Notes: generated by a model not told the origin, from the letters alone. 58,599 nucleotides of DNA from Vampirovibrionales bacterium (GCA_025451145.1 JANWKX010000015.1:1-58599); one strand, 5' to 3'; shown: positions 36,235 to 46,242, numbered from the stretch's first letter. Program-made: numbers and translations.

Positions 36235-37176
36235 TCACACCTCCAATGTCACGATGTTCTTTAGGACCACACCACCGATAAGTTGCATGACCAGGGCAAA
36301 ACCAATTAGGATTTTGCCAATAATATTGTTGACAAAGGCCCCCATCATATCGGGCATCATTAAGGCAAAGACGCCTGCCAGACCAAACGGAATCAAGAAG
36401 ACGATAATGGCAGACAATTTACCCTGGGCCGATAGGGCACTGACTTTACTCAGCAGTTTAAAGCGATCCCGGATGGTTTTACTCAAATTAGTGAGGAGTT
36501 CAGCCAGGTTACCCCCAGTTTCCCGCTGGATCAGGACGGCTGTGACAAACAGCGCCACATCGGCATTGGGGATACGTTTGGTAAGGGCAATTAAGGCATC
36601 TTCTTGTGAGGACCCAAAATTCATTTCTGTGGCAACTTTGCCCAGTTCCGTTGACCAAGGATCTTCAAAGTTTTCAGCGACGACTTGGACAGCCCGGGTA
36701 AAGCCGTAACCGGATTTAAAACAACTGACCATGGTATCCAGGACATCGGCAAACTGGGCACGGGCTTTGTTCATTCGGAGCCATACCCTGAACATGACAT
36801 AGAGCTTCGGTAGAAAGAGCGCCACGGCAGCCCCTATCACCGCCAATAAGATGAAAATTTTCATGACCAATAACACCAAAAAGGTAACCCCAGCTAAACC
36901 CAGTGAAATCATAATAAATTCATTGGGTTTCATCAGGAGATTGGCTCGCTCCAGTTCCATGTCGATTTTTTGAATCAGGGGACTCTGGTCTTTACGGTGT
37001 TTGCGAAGCACAAAATGATGTTGCTGCAGGCGCTTAAACTGCTCGGTTTTATCAACATCATCAAAGAGCTGGTTTACAAACTCCCTGGCCTGATCCTGCT
37101 TGGCGAAAAACACAAAGTAAATCCCGGCAAAAATCAGTCCGATGGGAATGATGGGCAGAAAGTAGATGGGATTCAT
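36235..37176 (-). CDS. tadB: Flp pilus assembly inner-membrane protein TadB (T2SS F-family)
   Basis: 313 aa with a GspF-like domain ('FADVLDTMVSCFKSGYGF') flanked by TM helices. It lies directly downstream of cpaF. Confidence 0.85.
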   Translation of the reverse strand: MNPIYFLPIIPIGLIFAGIYFVFFAKQDQAREFVNQLFDDVDKTEQFKRLQQHHFVLRKHRKDQSPLIQKIDMELERANLLMKPNEFIMISLGLAGVTFLVLLVMKIFILLAVIGAAVALFLPKLYVMFRVWLRMNKARAQFADVLDTMVSCFKSGYGFTRAVQVVAENFEDPWSTELGKVATEMNFGSSQEDALIALTKRIPNADVALFVTAVLIQRETGGNLAELLTNLSKTIRDRFKLLSKVSALSAQGKLSAIIVFLIPFGLAGVFALMMPDMMGAFVNNIIGKILIGFALVMQLIGGVVLKNIVTLEV

Positions 37177-37199
37177 AGGATGACACTCCCTAGGTCAGG

Positions 37200-38630
37200 T
37201 TAAAATTGCTCGAAAATACTTAAATCCAATGGGGCCCCGGCTGCGACGAGTCGCTCCAGACATTTTGGGCGAACGCCAGTATACTTAAATTCACCATTAA
37301 TTTTCCCGTCTTCACCCACGCCGTATTGCTTATAGAGAAAAATATCCTGCATCAGAACCACATCGCCTTCCATGCCCACAATCTCCGTGATGCTGGTGAC
37401 TTTACGACTGCCATCACTCAGTCGACTGGCCTGAATGACCAAATCAACGGCAGAGGCAATCTGCTCACGAATGGCCCGTTGGGGAAGATCAAAACCTGCC
37501 ATCATCACCAAAGTTTCCAACCGGCGAACGGCATCACGGGGGGTGTTGGCGTGAAGCGTCGTTAAAGACCCATCATGGCCTGTGTTCATTGCCTGAAGCA
37601 TATCCAATGCTTCTCCGGATCGGACTTCACCCACAACAATCCGTTCTGGGCGCATCCTCAAAGAGTTTTTAACCAGGTCTCGCATCGTAATGGCCCCTTT
37701 TCCTTCAATATTGGGTGGGCGGGTTTCCAGGCGGACCACATGTTCTTGCTGGAGTTGAAGTTCTGCGGCATCCTCAATGGTGACAATCCGTTCATCGTCG
37801 GGGATAAAACTGGAAACTACGTTGAGTAGTGTTGTTTTTCCGGAGCCAGTACCCCCTGAAATTACAATGTTTAAACGGGCATAGACACAGGCTTTTAGGA
37901 GATCCGCAGCCATTCTGGACATCGAACCAAAGTTGATGAGATCTTCCACTTTATAGGGATCCGCTGAAAATTTTCGGATGGTGAGGCTTGGGCCATCAAT
38001 GGCCAAGGGGGGAATGATGACGTTCACCCTTGAACCATCTTTTAAACGAGCATCACAAAGGGGTGTACTTTCATCAACCCGACGACCAATACGGGACACA
38101 ATCCGATCAATAATCTGGAGCAGGTGTTCGTCATCTTTAAACTGAACATCTGTCAACACCAACTTACCTTTACGTTCAACGTAAACTTTACCGGCAGAGT
38201 TCACCATAATCTCACTGGTGGATTTATCTCGAAGCAACGGCTCGAGAGGACCTAGGCCCATCATCTCATCCATGATCTCTTCGACCAGTCTATCCCGTTC
38301 AGACTGGGTCAGGAGGGCATTTTCTTCCATTAGAAGTTCGTTGACCGCTTGCCGGATTTGTTTACGCAGTTCTGTCGGATTAATGTCATTGAGTTGAGAG
38401 GTATCCAAATCCTCAATCAAACGTCGGTGAATTTTGCTGCGAAGCTGCTCGGATTCTGCCTCCTTTTCGCTTTTCGCAGGCGTGGATGTATGGGACTCTT
38501 TTTTAGGAGGCGTCGGTGTATTTTGAGGCGGCGGTGATTCACCCCCAGCATTTGCTGAATCCGGAGTTTGAGTACTGGGTTCTTCTGAGGGCTTTCCAAA
38601 AGCGCCCCATCCTTGTTTAGCTAGTGACAT
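37200..38630 (-). CDS. cpaF: CpaF/TadA-family pilus assembly ATPase
   Basis: 476 aa with Walker A '[12 protein letters not shown]', Asp box '[12 protein letters not shown]', Walker B '[10 protein letters not shown]' and His box '[12 protein letters not shown]'. The N-terminus is low-complexity. Its start overlaps the cpaE end by 14 nt. Confidence 0.93.
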   Translation of the reverse strand: MSLAKQGWGAFGKPSEEPSTQTPDSANAGGESPPPQNTPTPPKKESHTSTPAKSEKEAESEQLRSKIHRRLIEDLDTSQLNDINPTELRKQIRQAVNELLMEENALLTQSERDRLVEEIMDEMMGLGPLEPLLRDKSTSEIMVNSAGKVYVERKGKLVLTDVQFKDDEHLLQIIDRIVSRIGRRVDESTPLCDARLKDGSRVNVIIPPLAIDGPSLTIRKFSADPYKVEDLINFGSMSRMAADLLKACVYARLNIVISGGTGSGKTTLLNVVSSFIPDDERIVTIEDAAELQLQQEHVVRLETRPPNIEGKGAITMRDLVKNSLRMRPERIVVGEVRSGEALDMLQAMNTGHDGSLTTLHANTPRDAVRRLETLVMMAGFDLPQRAIREQIASAVDLVIQASRLSDGSRKVTSITEIVGMEGDVVLMQDIFLYKQYGVGEDGKINGEFKYTGVRPKCLERLVAAGAPLDLSIFEQF

Positions 38631-39864
38631 GGCTACCTCTCCTTGTTAAGCGATCCAATAAGGAGGGTTGTTTATCAACTTGTGCTTTGCCGTTCGTAGG
38701 CGTCAAAGCGACACCGGAAATTCGGGAAGCCAAGTCCTGGAAAGATTTGACTAAATCAGCCTGTGGTGAAACTGCTCCAAGGGCCTGACCTAAGCTCATG
38801 GCTTCGACATTCAGGATCCAGTTGTTGGGCAGCCTGGCATAGACTGGGTACTTGAATTCCTCTTCAATATTTTCATTGGACAGTCCAACAGCCGCTTTTA
38901 AATCGCAGCGGTTAAGAATGAGCTTGACTTTACTCATATCTAAATGACGCTTCACCAACTCCAGGTATTGGCGCGTTCGATATAGTCCTGGAATATCCAG
39001 GGATGAGACGAGCAACACCTCATCGGCGCCTTCCACAAAGAACTGGTGATACGGATCCACGACATGGGTGGGTAAGTCAACGAGAATATAAGCGTATTTT
39101 TCTTTCAGATAATCCGTGACCCGGACCAAAAGCTCATGAGGGATTAAGGGGTTTTCATCCAAAACGCTTTTACACGCAACCACCAGGTCCAACCCCGTTT
39201 CGTGGTGAACCACAATCTTACCCAGCAACTCATCATCAATTTCCGCAGGATTCTCAGCCACCAAGTCTGATACGGCATAGTTGGCTTTAAAATTGAGCAT
39301 TACAGCCGTATTCCCAAAAACTTGGTCCATATCCAAAAGGACGACCGGTTTTCGGGTTAAAAGCCGAAGCTGGTGCGCTAAATTGACAGCAACGGTTGAT
39401 GTACCAACACCGCCTTTACTGCCAAATACAGGGATGAGCTTTCCTTTTCCGGAATCTGCAATCCCTTGTTGCGTCATTGCCAATTTTTGGAGGAAATTCC
39501 AGTGCTTTTCAATTGCTGCCTCAAGGGCCGGAGGGTCATGGGGATACTGGATAAACTCTTTCACCCCACTGGAAACGGCTTTGACGATCACATTGGGGTC
39601 TAACTCTCTATGGAGGCCAAAGACCAGGGTTTTGCTGTCAACGTTGTAGTTGATGACCTCGATGAACAGGCAGGCATCCAGCTCTCGGCCTGTCAGGTCA
39701 ATAATCAACAAATCCGGTTTTTTCTTTTGCCAAAGCTGCTGTGCGTCAGACAATTCCAGAACAACGCCATCAAAATCAATAAAGCTAAATTGCTTAAGCT
39801 GCTTTTGAAGCATGGATCGGGTTTCTTCGGAACTTGCAACAGCAATGACACTTAGCAGATCCAT
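38617..39864 (-). CDS. cpaE: CpaE/TadZ-like pilus localisation protein (receiver-like N-domain + MinD/ParA-type ATPase)
   Basis: Deviant Walker A 'GSKGGVGTSTVAVNLA', a ParA/MinD fold and an N-terminal CheY-like fold. I chose the ATG at 39864 over the TTG at 39873. Confidence 0.8.
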   Translation of the reverse strand: MDLLSVIAVASSEETRSMLQKQLKQFSFIDFDGVVLELSDAQQLWQKKKPDLLIIDLTGRELDACLFIEVINYNVDSKTLVFGLHRELDPNVIVKAVSSGVKEFIQYPHDPPALEAAIEKHWNFLQKLAMTQQGIADSGKGKLIPVFGSKGGVGTSTVAVNLAHQLRLLTRKPVVLLDMDQVFGNTAVMLNFKANYAVSDLVAENPAEIDDELLGKIVVHHETGLDLVVACKSVLDENPLIPHELLVRVTDYLKEKYAYILVDLPTHVVDPYHQFFVEGADEVLLVSSLDIPGLYRTRQYLELVKRHLDMSKVKLILNRCDLKAAVGLSNENIEEEFKYPVYARLPNNWILNVEAMSLGQALGAVSPQADLVKSFQDLASRISGVALTPTNGKAQVDKQPSLLDRLTRRGSHVTS

Positions 39865-40105
39865 GATCCACAATCCTTTATTAGAGATGTTTTAGGGGTA
39901 ACACTATTCTTCAGCAGTCGATAAATTGGGTACACAAGCTTTCCTTAAAAAGAATTGCTGTCTCTTTCCTCGGCTATGGTCTGTATCGTCAAGGATTTCA
40001 TTTTCTTTATTTCTGCTTGTTATCGATCTCCAAGACTTGTGACCACATAAACCTCCATGTTTATTTCAAGGTGATATTCTTTGGTGAACGATGCCTCACG
40101 ATACT

Positions 40106-42754
40106 CTAAAAGCCGGTCCAACTGAGCAGCTGCGCAACCACCTGCTTCTGGAGATCACGTAATCTTGATTGAGCCAGCTTTTTAGCCTGAGCACGAGCAT
40201 GGACCTTGGCCTGAGAAGCAACTTTGGCTTTTGAAGGCTTGTGAGCTGCCTTAGTTGTTTTTTTGAGCTTATTGGCTGCATCGCTTGATTTCTCGGTCTT
40301 AGCAGTCTCTTTGGGCTTATCAGATTTGAGTTTAGAAGCCTCCTTGGGTTTTTCGGATTTGGGGTTGGCTGCCTCTTTAGGTTTAACGGCGGATTTAGTT
40401 GCATCGCTAGGCTTCTCGGATTTGGGCTTGATGGCCTCTTTGGGTTTAATGGTATCCGAGGGCTTTTTCACCGGAGGTGCTATCGGATTTGCTTTAAGGC
40501 TTGCTTTAATCACCGTTGGTTTCTTGGAGACTCTCGGTAAAGCCTTCTTGGGCGCTTCTGAAGTAGGTTGAGCCTGGGCGGGTTTTTCAAAAGGCAGCGA
40601 CTCATTTAAGGATTGGATGAGCTTAGCCAGTTCTGTTTTTTGGGTTTCCAAGGCGCTGGTGGAATCCTGAGCCTGGCTTAACAAGGCTGGTGATTGAGCC
40701 ATCATGGCAACCGGACCGGATTCCGAATTTGCCGATTGAGGCTGTGGCTTTGGCCCATTTCCTTTTTCTGGAGCGTTTTGAGATGCCTTCACTGCAACTT
40801 CAGCATTTGGATTTGTTGAAGGTTGGACCGCTTTTTCCATTGCTTGAATCATCACTTGGGGATCTTTTTGGGGCTTTGCGGTGGATGAAGTGGGTGTTGT
40901 CACCTCAACAATGGCCTTATTCTGGGTCTTGCTCATGGACTTTTCAGCCAACTGGAGTTGTTGATATAAGGTTTTCGGATCCAGTTTGATGGTTTGTTTG
41001 ACGGAATCACCCTGGCTAATGGCCGTTGTGTTGCTTTGTGGCATCACATTGCTTAAATTCATTTGATCTTGGATTTCAGGATGAATGACAATGACCATTT
41101 CGCTCTCGGATCTTTGGAACTGTCGGCTGCTGAATAGGGCGCCGATAATGGGTAGCTGCCCTAAAAGCGGCGTTTTGCCAATGAGATCGTTAACCGTATC
41201 GTTGTAAAGACCACTTAGGATAAAGTTATCGCCATTTTTCATTTCCAAAACCGTTTGGCTCCGTCGGGTTCTTAAGCCGGGTACCACTAAACCGTTGAGC
41301 TTAATGCCAGCTGTCGGATCCAGAGAGCTGACTTCAGGGCTGATTTGCATGTGAATGGTGCCCCGTTCTGTCACGGTGGGTAAAATGTTCAATCGAACGC
41401 CAAATTCTTTAAAAATAACGCTGACGGAACCATTGGCCCCAATGACAGGGATGGGAAATTCACCCCCAGCCAGGAAGGATGACGGCTCGCCGCTTAAGCT
41501 GGTAATGGTAGGCTCAGCCAATGTTTTGGCTTTATTTTCTGTAATCAGGCCATTTAAAAAGGCTGCAAAGTCTCGGCCAGAGGTATAACCAACTTGAGCA
41601 CCATTTGCACCATTGACTTGGCCAAAAAGGCCTGTCACAGTGGATTGGCCGAAAGAGCCAGCGTAAGTTGCTGCTTTGACAGTATTTCCAGCGGCTAGGG
41701 CTGCACCAGTAAAGTCGATCCCGGTATCTTTTCGAACTTCCAGAAACTTGATGCTGCACTTGACTTGAGGTCTTTCTTCGACCTCCAACATGCTAATCAC
41801 ATTTCCTGAGGTATCGGTTACAATCGAGCCATGAAGGACGTTTCCGGCCATATTGCCAATGAGTCCGCCCCCGGAAGAATCACGAGCACTGAAGCTTCCA
41901 CCGGTTGCTTCTTTCCCTTCCTTGACCAAGTTGCCACCTGGACCGGTTAAAACCTTGATGCCTGGTGTTCCGTAAAAAACACTGGCCAGGTTGACGGCTT
42001 TAGAGACCTCAGACGTATTTCTCACGCGACCTGTCAAAATAGCTTTCTCTTTCCCACCATAGCCTGGAACGACATCCAGTTTAATATGCGGATCAATGGC
42101 TTTTAATTGCTCTTGAACCATATCAGCTTTGGTCATGGGCTGACCTTCAACCCGGATCAGGTTAATGATTTTTGTAGAAACGTTCCCCGTTGAAGCGCTT
42201 CCGGGTGAATTACTGCTAATGCCTGCATCCTGCTGTACTTCCTTCCCTGAGAAAAAGGCTTTGGCTAAATCATAGGCCAGTTGGGCTTTTTCCATAGTCT
42301 CAGCCATCCCTGTCAAAATGACGGAATCTTCCGCTGCAACAGGTAACACGTTAATGCCGGGATCAATCATCTGGATTTTTCGGGCGAGGGTAGAGACATC
42401 TCGATGAACTGATAAATCAATGCTGGTATAATTTTGGCCGGAATTTTCACCCCAAACCAAGAGGTTTGCAACACCAATGGCTTTTCCGATGAGCTCAACC
42501 TCAGTGGGACTGAGCATTACCAATCCAACCACTTCGGGGTTACTAATGGACACCCGACTGGCAGGAGCGCTTAATCGAACAATCTGGGCTTTACCCAGGG
42601 AAAGTTCAATTTGACTGGTATTTTGAGAAATGGTGGTATGGATAATGGGAACGCCATAAGCGCTTTGCTGAGCTACGGCCCAAACCACCGGGTTAATAGT
42701 GACACTGCTACACAGGGCAATACTAAGGCCCAATGCGGTTATTCGATTAAACAT
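40106..42754 (-). CDS. cpaC: CpaC/RcpA-family Tad secretin with a long Lys/Pro-rich C-terminal extension
   Basis: 882 aa. It has a signal peptide, an N-terminal pilus-formation domain, and a secretin core ('VRLNILPTV...', 'PLLGQLPIIGALFSS', 'EMVIVIHPEI') ending near residue 595. About 285 aa of low-complexity K/P/A/E/S sequence follow, ending in '...LLSWTGF'. Confidence 0.88.
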   Translation of the reverse strand: MFNRITALGLSIALCSSVTINPVVWAVAQQSAYGVPIIHTTISQNTSQIELSLGKAQIVRLSAPASRVSISNPEVVGLVMLSPTEVELIGKAIGVANLLVWGENSGQNYTSIDLSVHRDVSTLARKIQMIDPGINVLPVAAEDSVILTGMAETMEKAQLAYDLAKAFFSGKEVQQDAGISSNSPGSASTGNVSTKIINLIRVEGQPMTKADMVQEQLKAIDPHIKLDVVPGYGGKEKAILTGRVRNTSEVSKAVNLASVFYGTPGIKVLTGPGGNLVKEGKEATGGSFSARDSSGGGLIGNMAGNVLHGSIVTDTSGNVISMLEVEERPQVKCSIKFLEVRKDTGIDFTGAALAAGNTVKAATYAGSFGQSTVTGLFGQVNGANGAQVGYTSGRDFAAFLNGLITENKAKTLAEPTITSLSGEPSSFLAGGEFPIPVIGANGSVSVIFKEFGVRLNILPTVTERGTIHMQISPEVSSLDPTAGIKLNGLVVPGLRTRRSQTVLEMKNGDNFILSGLYNDTVNDLIGKTPLLGQLPIIGALFSSRQFQRSESEMVIVIHPEIQDQMNLSNVMPQSNTTAISQGDSVKQTIKLDPKTLYQQLQLAEKSMSKTQNKAIVEVTTPTSSTAKPQKDPQVMIQAMEKAVQPSTNPNAEVAVKASQNAPEKGNGPKPQPQSANSESGPVAMMAQSPALLSQAQDSTSALETQKTELAKLIQSLNESLPFEKPAQAQPTSEAPKKALPRVSKKPTVIKASLKANPIAPPVKKPSDTIKPKEAIKPKSEKPSDATKSAVKPKEAANPKSEKPKEASKLKSDKPKETAKTEKSSDAANKLKKTTKAAHKPSKAKVASQAKVHARAQAKKLAQSRLRDLQKQVVAQLLSWTGF
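40255..40450. repeat. in-frame imperfect tandem repeats (period about 62-66 nt, roughly 21 aa) inside the cpaC 3' extension
   Basis: There are three copies encoding KPKEAIKPKSEKPSD / KPKEAANPKSEKPKE / KPKETAKTEKSSD. The anchors are at 40409-40446, 40346-40384 and 40280-40318 on the plus strand. Confidence 0.8.
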
Positions 42755-42848
42755 TTTCCTTCTTCAACTCCTCGCCTTGTCTTAAAATATCGCTCTAAAT
42801 CTTCTCTATTAATTGCGTTATGCTTTTGCTGATGGGTGTGTTTGACTT

Positions 42849-43916
42849 CTAAAAAGATACTCGGCTTGAATTGGTTCCTTCAAAGACCTGTACTTCATGC
42901 TGAGGTATTGGCATTGGTGCAGGCATTGGGGGTGCATTGGCAGCATCCTGGTCCAATTTTTTACCGTGAACAAACAAGTCAGGTTCTGAACCGGTTACCT
43001 CTTGGATTTTTTCGTAAAGGTTCTTGAGAGGCACAATATCCTCACCAATGGCCCCAATCAAATGGACTTGTTCATGCTCATCTTCAGGTCTTAAGGCTAG
43101 ACGGAGTTCGCCTCTGGAGTCCGCAAAGGCTAGCTTTTCAGCCTGCTCCGGAGTCACAGCCAGGGTCACTGAAGAGACAATTTTTCCTTTCGTTGTATCT
43201 CCCTCTTGGACATTGTTGCTGGGATTATTGGTCGGGGGGGGAGGCGTATTGTTTTTAGATTGGGTCGCTTGATCCAAGAGATTTTTCTTTTCGTACATGT
43301 CTTGGGCAATGGCAAGCACTTGAACATCTTGCAGGATGGTTTGAGCCACGTGGAATGAATCTTGCAGGAGCAAGCCGGATTTTTCCGAAACGGATTTCTG
43401 AGTGGCTTCAGGAATCCGATATTCGAAAGAACCGACGACATCCACGTGATCGCCAGGTCTGACAAACCCGCCGACATCTTTGTTCTCTGTGACAAGAATG
43501 GTCATTGCGCGATAGCCATGGGGAATAATGACAGGCAAGCCACCTTGGGAATTTTCACCATCCAAGGCCTGTTTATATAGGGGTTCTCCTGGAAAAATCT
43601 GGTTCTTTGCCACATGGCCGACAATCTTTTCAGGGGATTGAAAGACATCTGCATTGGGATATTGTTTTTCAGGCCAATCAATCACCTTGATACTATCCGG
43701 GGTGACGACCTCACCGGCGAAAATTTCATGGGAGGCAACCACCAAGGGCTTTGTCTGCACCGTCATGGTCGGGGCCACAGGCCCTTTGTTCGGTGAAACA
43801 AGACTTTTAAACACAAAAATGGTTAAAACTGCACTGACAACCGCTAAAATAATGAAGACTTGACCCATGTTGAGTCGCCTCAATTTGGGCCCCCCTGCAC
43901 CGGGCTTTGTACTCAT
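42849..43916 (-). CDS. cpaB: Flp pilus assembly protein CpaB/RcpC
   Basis: 355 aa with an N-terminal TM anchor and a SAF-like domain ('VVASHEIFAGEVVTPDSIKV'), in the conserved position upstream of the secretin. It has an internal N/P-rich linker. Confidence 0.85.
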   Translation of the reverse strand: MSTKPGAGGPKLRRLNMGQVFIILAVVSAVLTIFVFKSLVSPNKGPVAPTMTVQTKPLVVASHEIFAGEVVTPDSIKVIDWPEKQYPNADVFQSPEKIVGHVAKNQIFPGEPLYKQALDGENSQGGLPVIIPHGYRAMTILVTENKDVGGFVRPGDHVDVVGSFEYRIPEATQKSVSEKSGLLLQDSFHVAQTILQDVQVLAIAQDMYEKKNLLDQATQSKNNTPPPPTNNPSNNVQEGDTTKGKIVSSVTLAVTPEQAEKLAFADSRGELRLALRPEDEHEQVHLIGAIGEDIVPLKNLYEKIQEVTGSEPDLFVHGKKLDQDAANAPPMPAPMPIPQHEVQVFEGTNSSRVSF

Positions 43917-43923
43917 GGTGATC

Positions 43924-44376
43924 CTACTCCTCGTATCGCATCGTTGCCGTATTTGTAATGTTAAAGGTGTCTAAGCCTGTACCGGATCCACCGTTTAAAC
44001 GATCAATAAATCCTCGAATTTGAACCGGATTATTGAACTGATAGGAGACGGTAACCGTCATGGTACGACTCCCAACTTGACTTCCGTTAGGGCCGGATAC
44101 AGTGACATTATTGGCGTTTAATGTGATGCCTGAAGAACTTTGGACAAATTGGTTTACCCAAGTTTGGACATCGGTGGTTCCTTGGGTTGTATTGCCATTG
44201 CCAAAGTTTGAATCAGCGGCGGCCACCCGGGCACCTTCTTTGGCAGCCGTTAAAAACACGTGATTCATGTACATATATAGGCTTAAACTAAGCAATGTCC
44301 CCAGCATCATGACAAAAAACAGCAGGGACATGACTAGTTCAATAGAGCCTTGGCCTTTACAGGCAAAGTGTTTCAT
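43924..44376 (-). CDS. tadE: TadE-like pseudopilin
   Basis: The N-terminal 'KGQG/SIELVMSLLFFVMMLG' resembles the Flp-type processing site and hydrophobic segment of TadE/TadF. The ATG at 44376 is preceded by GAGGAG. Confidence 0.7.
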   Translation of the reverse strand: MKHFACKGQGSIELVMSLLFFVMMLGTLLSLSLYMYMNHVFLTAAKEGARVAAADSNFGNGNTTQGTTDVQTWVNQFVQSSSGITLNANNVTVSGPNGSQVGSRTMTVTVSYQFNNPVQIRGFIDRLNGGSGTGLDTFNITNTATMRYEE

Positions 44377-44474
44377 AAGGGTTCCTAACTCCTCTATCCT
44401 AAATTGTGGGTAAAATGGCGAAAAAAGAGGTAGAGAGGAAATCATTCCCCCCTACCTCCGTAAACTTAATGAGC

Positions 44475-44690
44475 CTATAGTGCGCTAGATTGGGTATTAA
44501 AGTAGTTTTGGACGCCTCCGAAAATGGAGTTATAGACGTTTGCCATACCACCCTTACCAATGGTCAATACCGCAGCAACGATCAAGGCTGCAACAATCAT
44601 GGCACCTGCATATTCAATGACACCTTGTCCTGGTTTTCTGGTCATTGCTTTGACATATAACAGGGTCATCATTTCGTTGAGTTTATTCAT
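44475..44690 (-). CDS. flp: Flp-family type IVb pilin
   Basis: 71 aa with the Flp motif 'GQG/VIEYAGAMIVAALIVAAV' (G/xxxEY plus a hydrophobic stretch). AAGGAG SD. It is the first gene of the Tad operon. Confidence 0.85.
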   Translation of the reverse strand: MNKLNEMMTLLYVKAMTRKPGQGVIEYAGAMIVAALIVAAVLTIGKGGMANVYNSIFGGVQNYFNTQSSAL

Positions 44691-44947
44691 TCACAGCACT
44701 CCTTACAGCTTTATCATCTATCTCTACAACTAACCCAAAAGGCTTCTCCGAAAATGGGGATTTCGTGGCCTGCCTTCTTCATTGTTCTCAAGGGATCGGC
44801 TTCTTCTTAGGAAACTTTAATGTTTTTCTTAAAAAATTTTTTCCTAAATTATGAAACCGCTTTCTATTACACATATACCCAGGGTATCCAGGGCCTAAAC
44901 CTGGATTTTACAAATCTTTAAAAACAAGCTGAAAAATGCCGTAGGCG

Positions 44948-46138
44948 TTAACGAGTGACTGCCTTTTGAAGGGCTGGGTGATTTGGATCTTCCCCTTTGG
45001 CAATGGCCAGGTAGTAGCACATCATTTGGTTGGCCATAATCCCTAGGAAAAGGCTTTCAATGCCATGGCAGGCCGGTAGGGTCAAGATGTCTTTTTCAGA
45101 AATGTTTAGGGCTTTTTTAAGATCGTCCGGAATGGGGGGACTGTTTTCAAACCGAGTGAAATGAACCCCTTCCGTGCTGAAAATTTTCTCATCATGGGCA
45201 TAAAAATGGGCATAAATATCACTATAAAAATGCGCTGCAGCAGTGGGGCTCAAGTCTGGCGGAACCAAATAGAGGCAGTTTGGCCGGATACCTTTGACGC
45301 CATATAAAATGACTTTTCGCCCATGCTTAAAGCTTTCTGTATTATCCGTCCATACAATGTTTCGAGACGTTTCCGTCAATTTGAGACCCACTTCTGGCAA
45401 GATTAAAGACAAAGGCCCTTTGGACAGGAGGACAAACTGATTCGACTTGCAGAGGGGCTGAATAAACCGTTCAATTTGATGGTGGTGTTCCAGGGTGCTG
45501 AAATAGGTTTCCAGTTTTTCAGGTATGCCTTGAAGCTGGCTTAAGACCCTTTGAAACGCTGATCGGCGTATCCATGATCGTTTTTGGCCGTAACGCAGGC
45601 CAAACAGGAGCAGGGCCAGGATAGAAGCTGTCATGGATTTGGTGGCGGCAATGGATTGCTCTTCCCCGGCATGAAGCTCAAAGGGGTTCGCGTATTTTTT
45701 GCACAGGGTCCCTTCCGGATTATTGGTGATGGTCAGCATGGGCATATAGGTATCGGAATAGCCAAAGTCATCTTGAAGCTGCTGAATCACCTTCAGGATG
45801 CTCGCCGTCTGACCGGATTGGCTGACGGTCAAAAAGTAGCTATGCTCAAACAGGCGCTTAATCCCATGGCCCAGAGTTTGTCCGATTTCAAACTTGTTTT
45901 CCAGAGACTCTGGATCAAAAGTAAAGTTGTTTATGCCTGAAAACTCTTCTATATAGGGGGCTGCAATTTTGAGGGCGTTATAGCTAGAGCCTTCGCCAAT
46001 GCCAATCAATTTTTGGGTAAAAAAGCCTGGAAATCGGATATGGTCCAATGAACCGGGAAACTCATGGAGTAACCGCGCCAAACAAGCTGGCTGTTCGCCA
46101 ATTTCCTGAAGCAATCGGTTGGAATGATCATCACTCAT
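44948..46138 (-). CDS. SIS (sugar isomerase) domain protein, GlmS-isomerase/AgaS/FrlB-like
   Basis: 396 aa with two SIS-like halves: 'IGIGEGSSYNA', 'FLTVSQSGQTAS' and 'EQSIAATKSMTA'. It has no glutaminase domain. Confidence 0.75.
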   Translation of the reverse strand: MSDDHSNRLLQEIGEQPACLARLLHEFPGSLDHIRFPGFFTQKLIGIGEGSSYNALKIAAPYIEEFSGINNFTFDPESLENKFEIGQTLGHGIKRLFEHSYFLTVSQSGQTASILKVIQQLQDDFGYSDTYMPMLTITNNPEGTLCKKYANPFELHAGEEQSIAATKSMTASILALLLFGLRYGQKRSWIRRSAFQRVLSQLQGIPEKLETYFSTLEHHHQIERFIQPLCKSNQFVLLSKGPLSLILPEVGLKLTETSRNIVWTDNTESFKHGRKVILYGVKGIRPNCLYLVPPDLSPTAAAHFYSDIYAHFYAHDEKIFSTEGVHFTRFENSPPIPDDLKKALNISEKDILTLPACHGIESLFLGIMANQMMCYYLAIAKGEDPNHPALQKAVTR

Positions 46139-46242
46139 AGGGCAATTTTACGGCCAGGTTTTAAGACCTTTGTTGTTTTATTGTATAGGACAGAGAAGTC
46201 GAGAGAAATCCCTAGGATGTTTGGTTTTATTTTAAGTGGTAC

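Noticed and set aside
36224-36709. A 161-aa plus-strand ORF antisense to tadB, and a 202-aa minus-strand ORF (53956-54564) antisense to nusA.
   Set aside because: Both lie entirely within strongly supported genes on the opposite strand and have no motifs of their own.
40096-40404. A 102-aa minus-strand ORF and a 102-aa plus-strand ORF (40263-40571) in the Lys-rich repeat region.
   Set aside because: They are alternative-frame or antisense artefacts of the repetitive sequence within the continuous secretin reading frame.
40200-40520. Repetitive DNA that could be mistaken for a CRISPR-like or intergenic repeat array.
   Set aside because: The repeats are imperfect, contiguous without spacers, and lie in-frame inside the cpaC ORF, where they encode KPKExxxPKSEKP units.
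44893-44922. The hairpin ATCCAGG-gcctaaa-CCTGGAT followed by TTTT on the plus strand, between flp and the SIS gene.
   Set aside because: No plus-strand gene lies upstream for it to terminate. On the minus strand, downstream of the SIS gene, it is not followed by a U-tract. It may be a weak or bidirectional terminator, but the support is insufficient.
44691-44947. A search for a second small flp gene or a tadV in the region upstream of flp.
   Set aside because: The only short minus-strand frame (22 codons, MKKAGHEIPIFGEAFWVSCRDR) lacks the G/xxxEY Flp motif and a hydrophobic segment.
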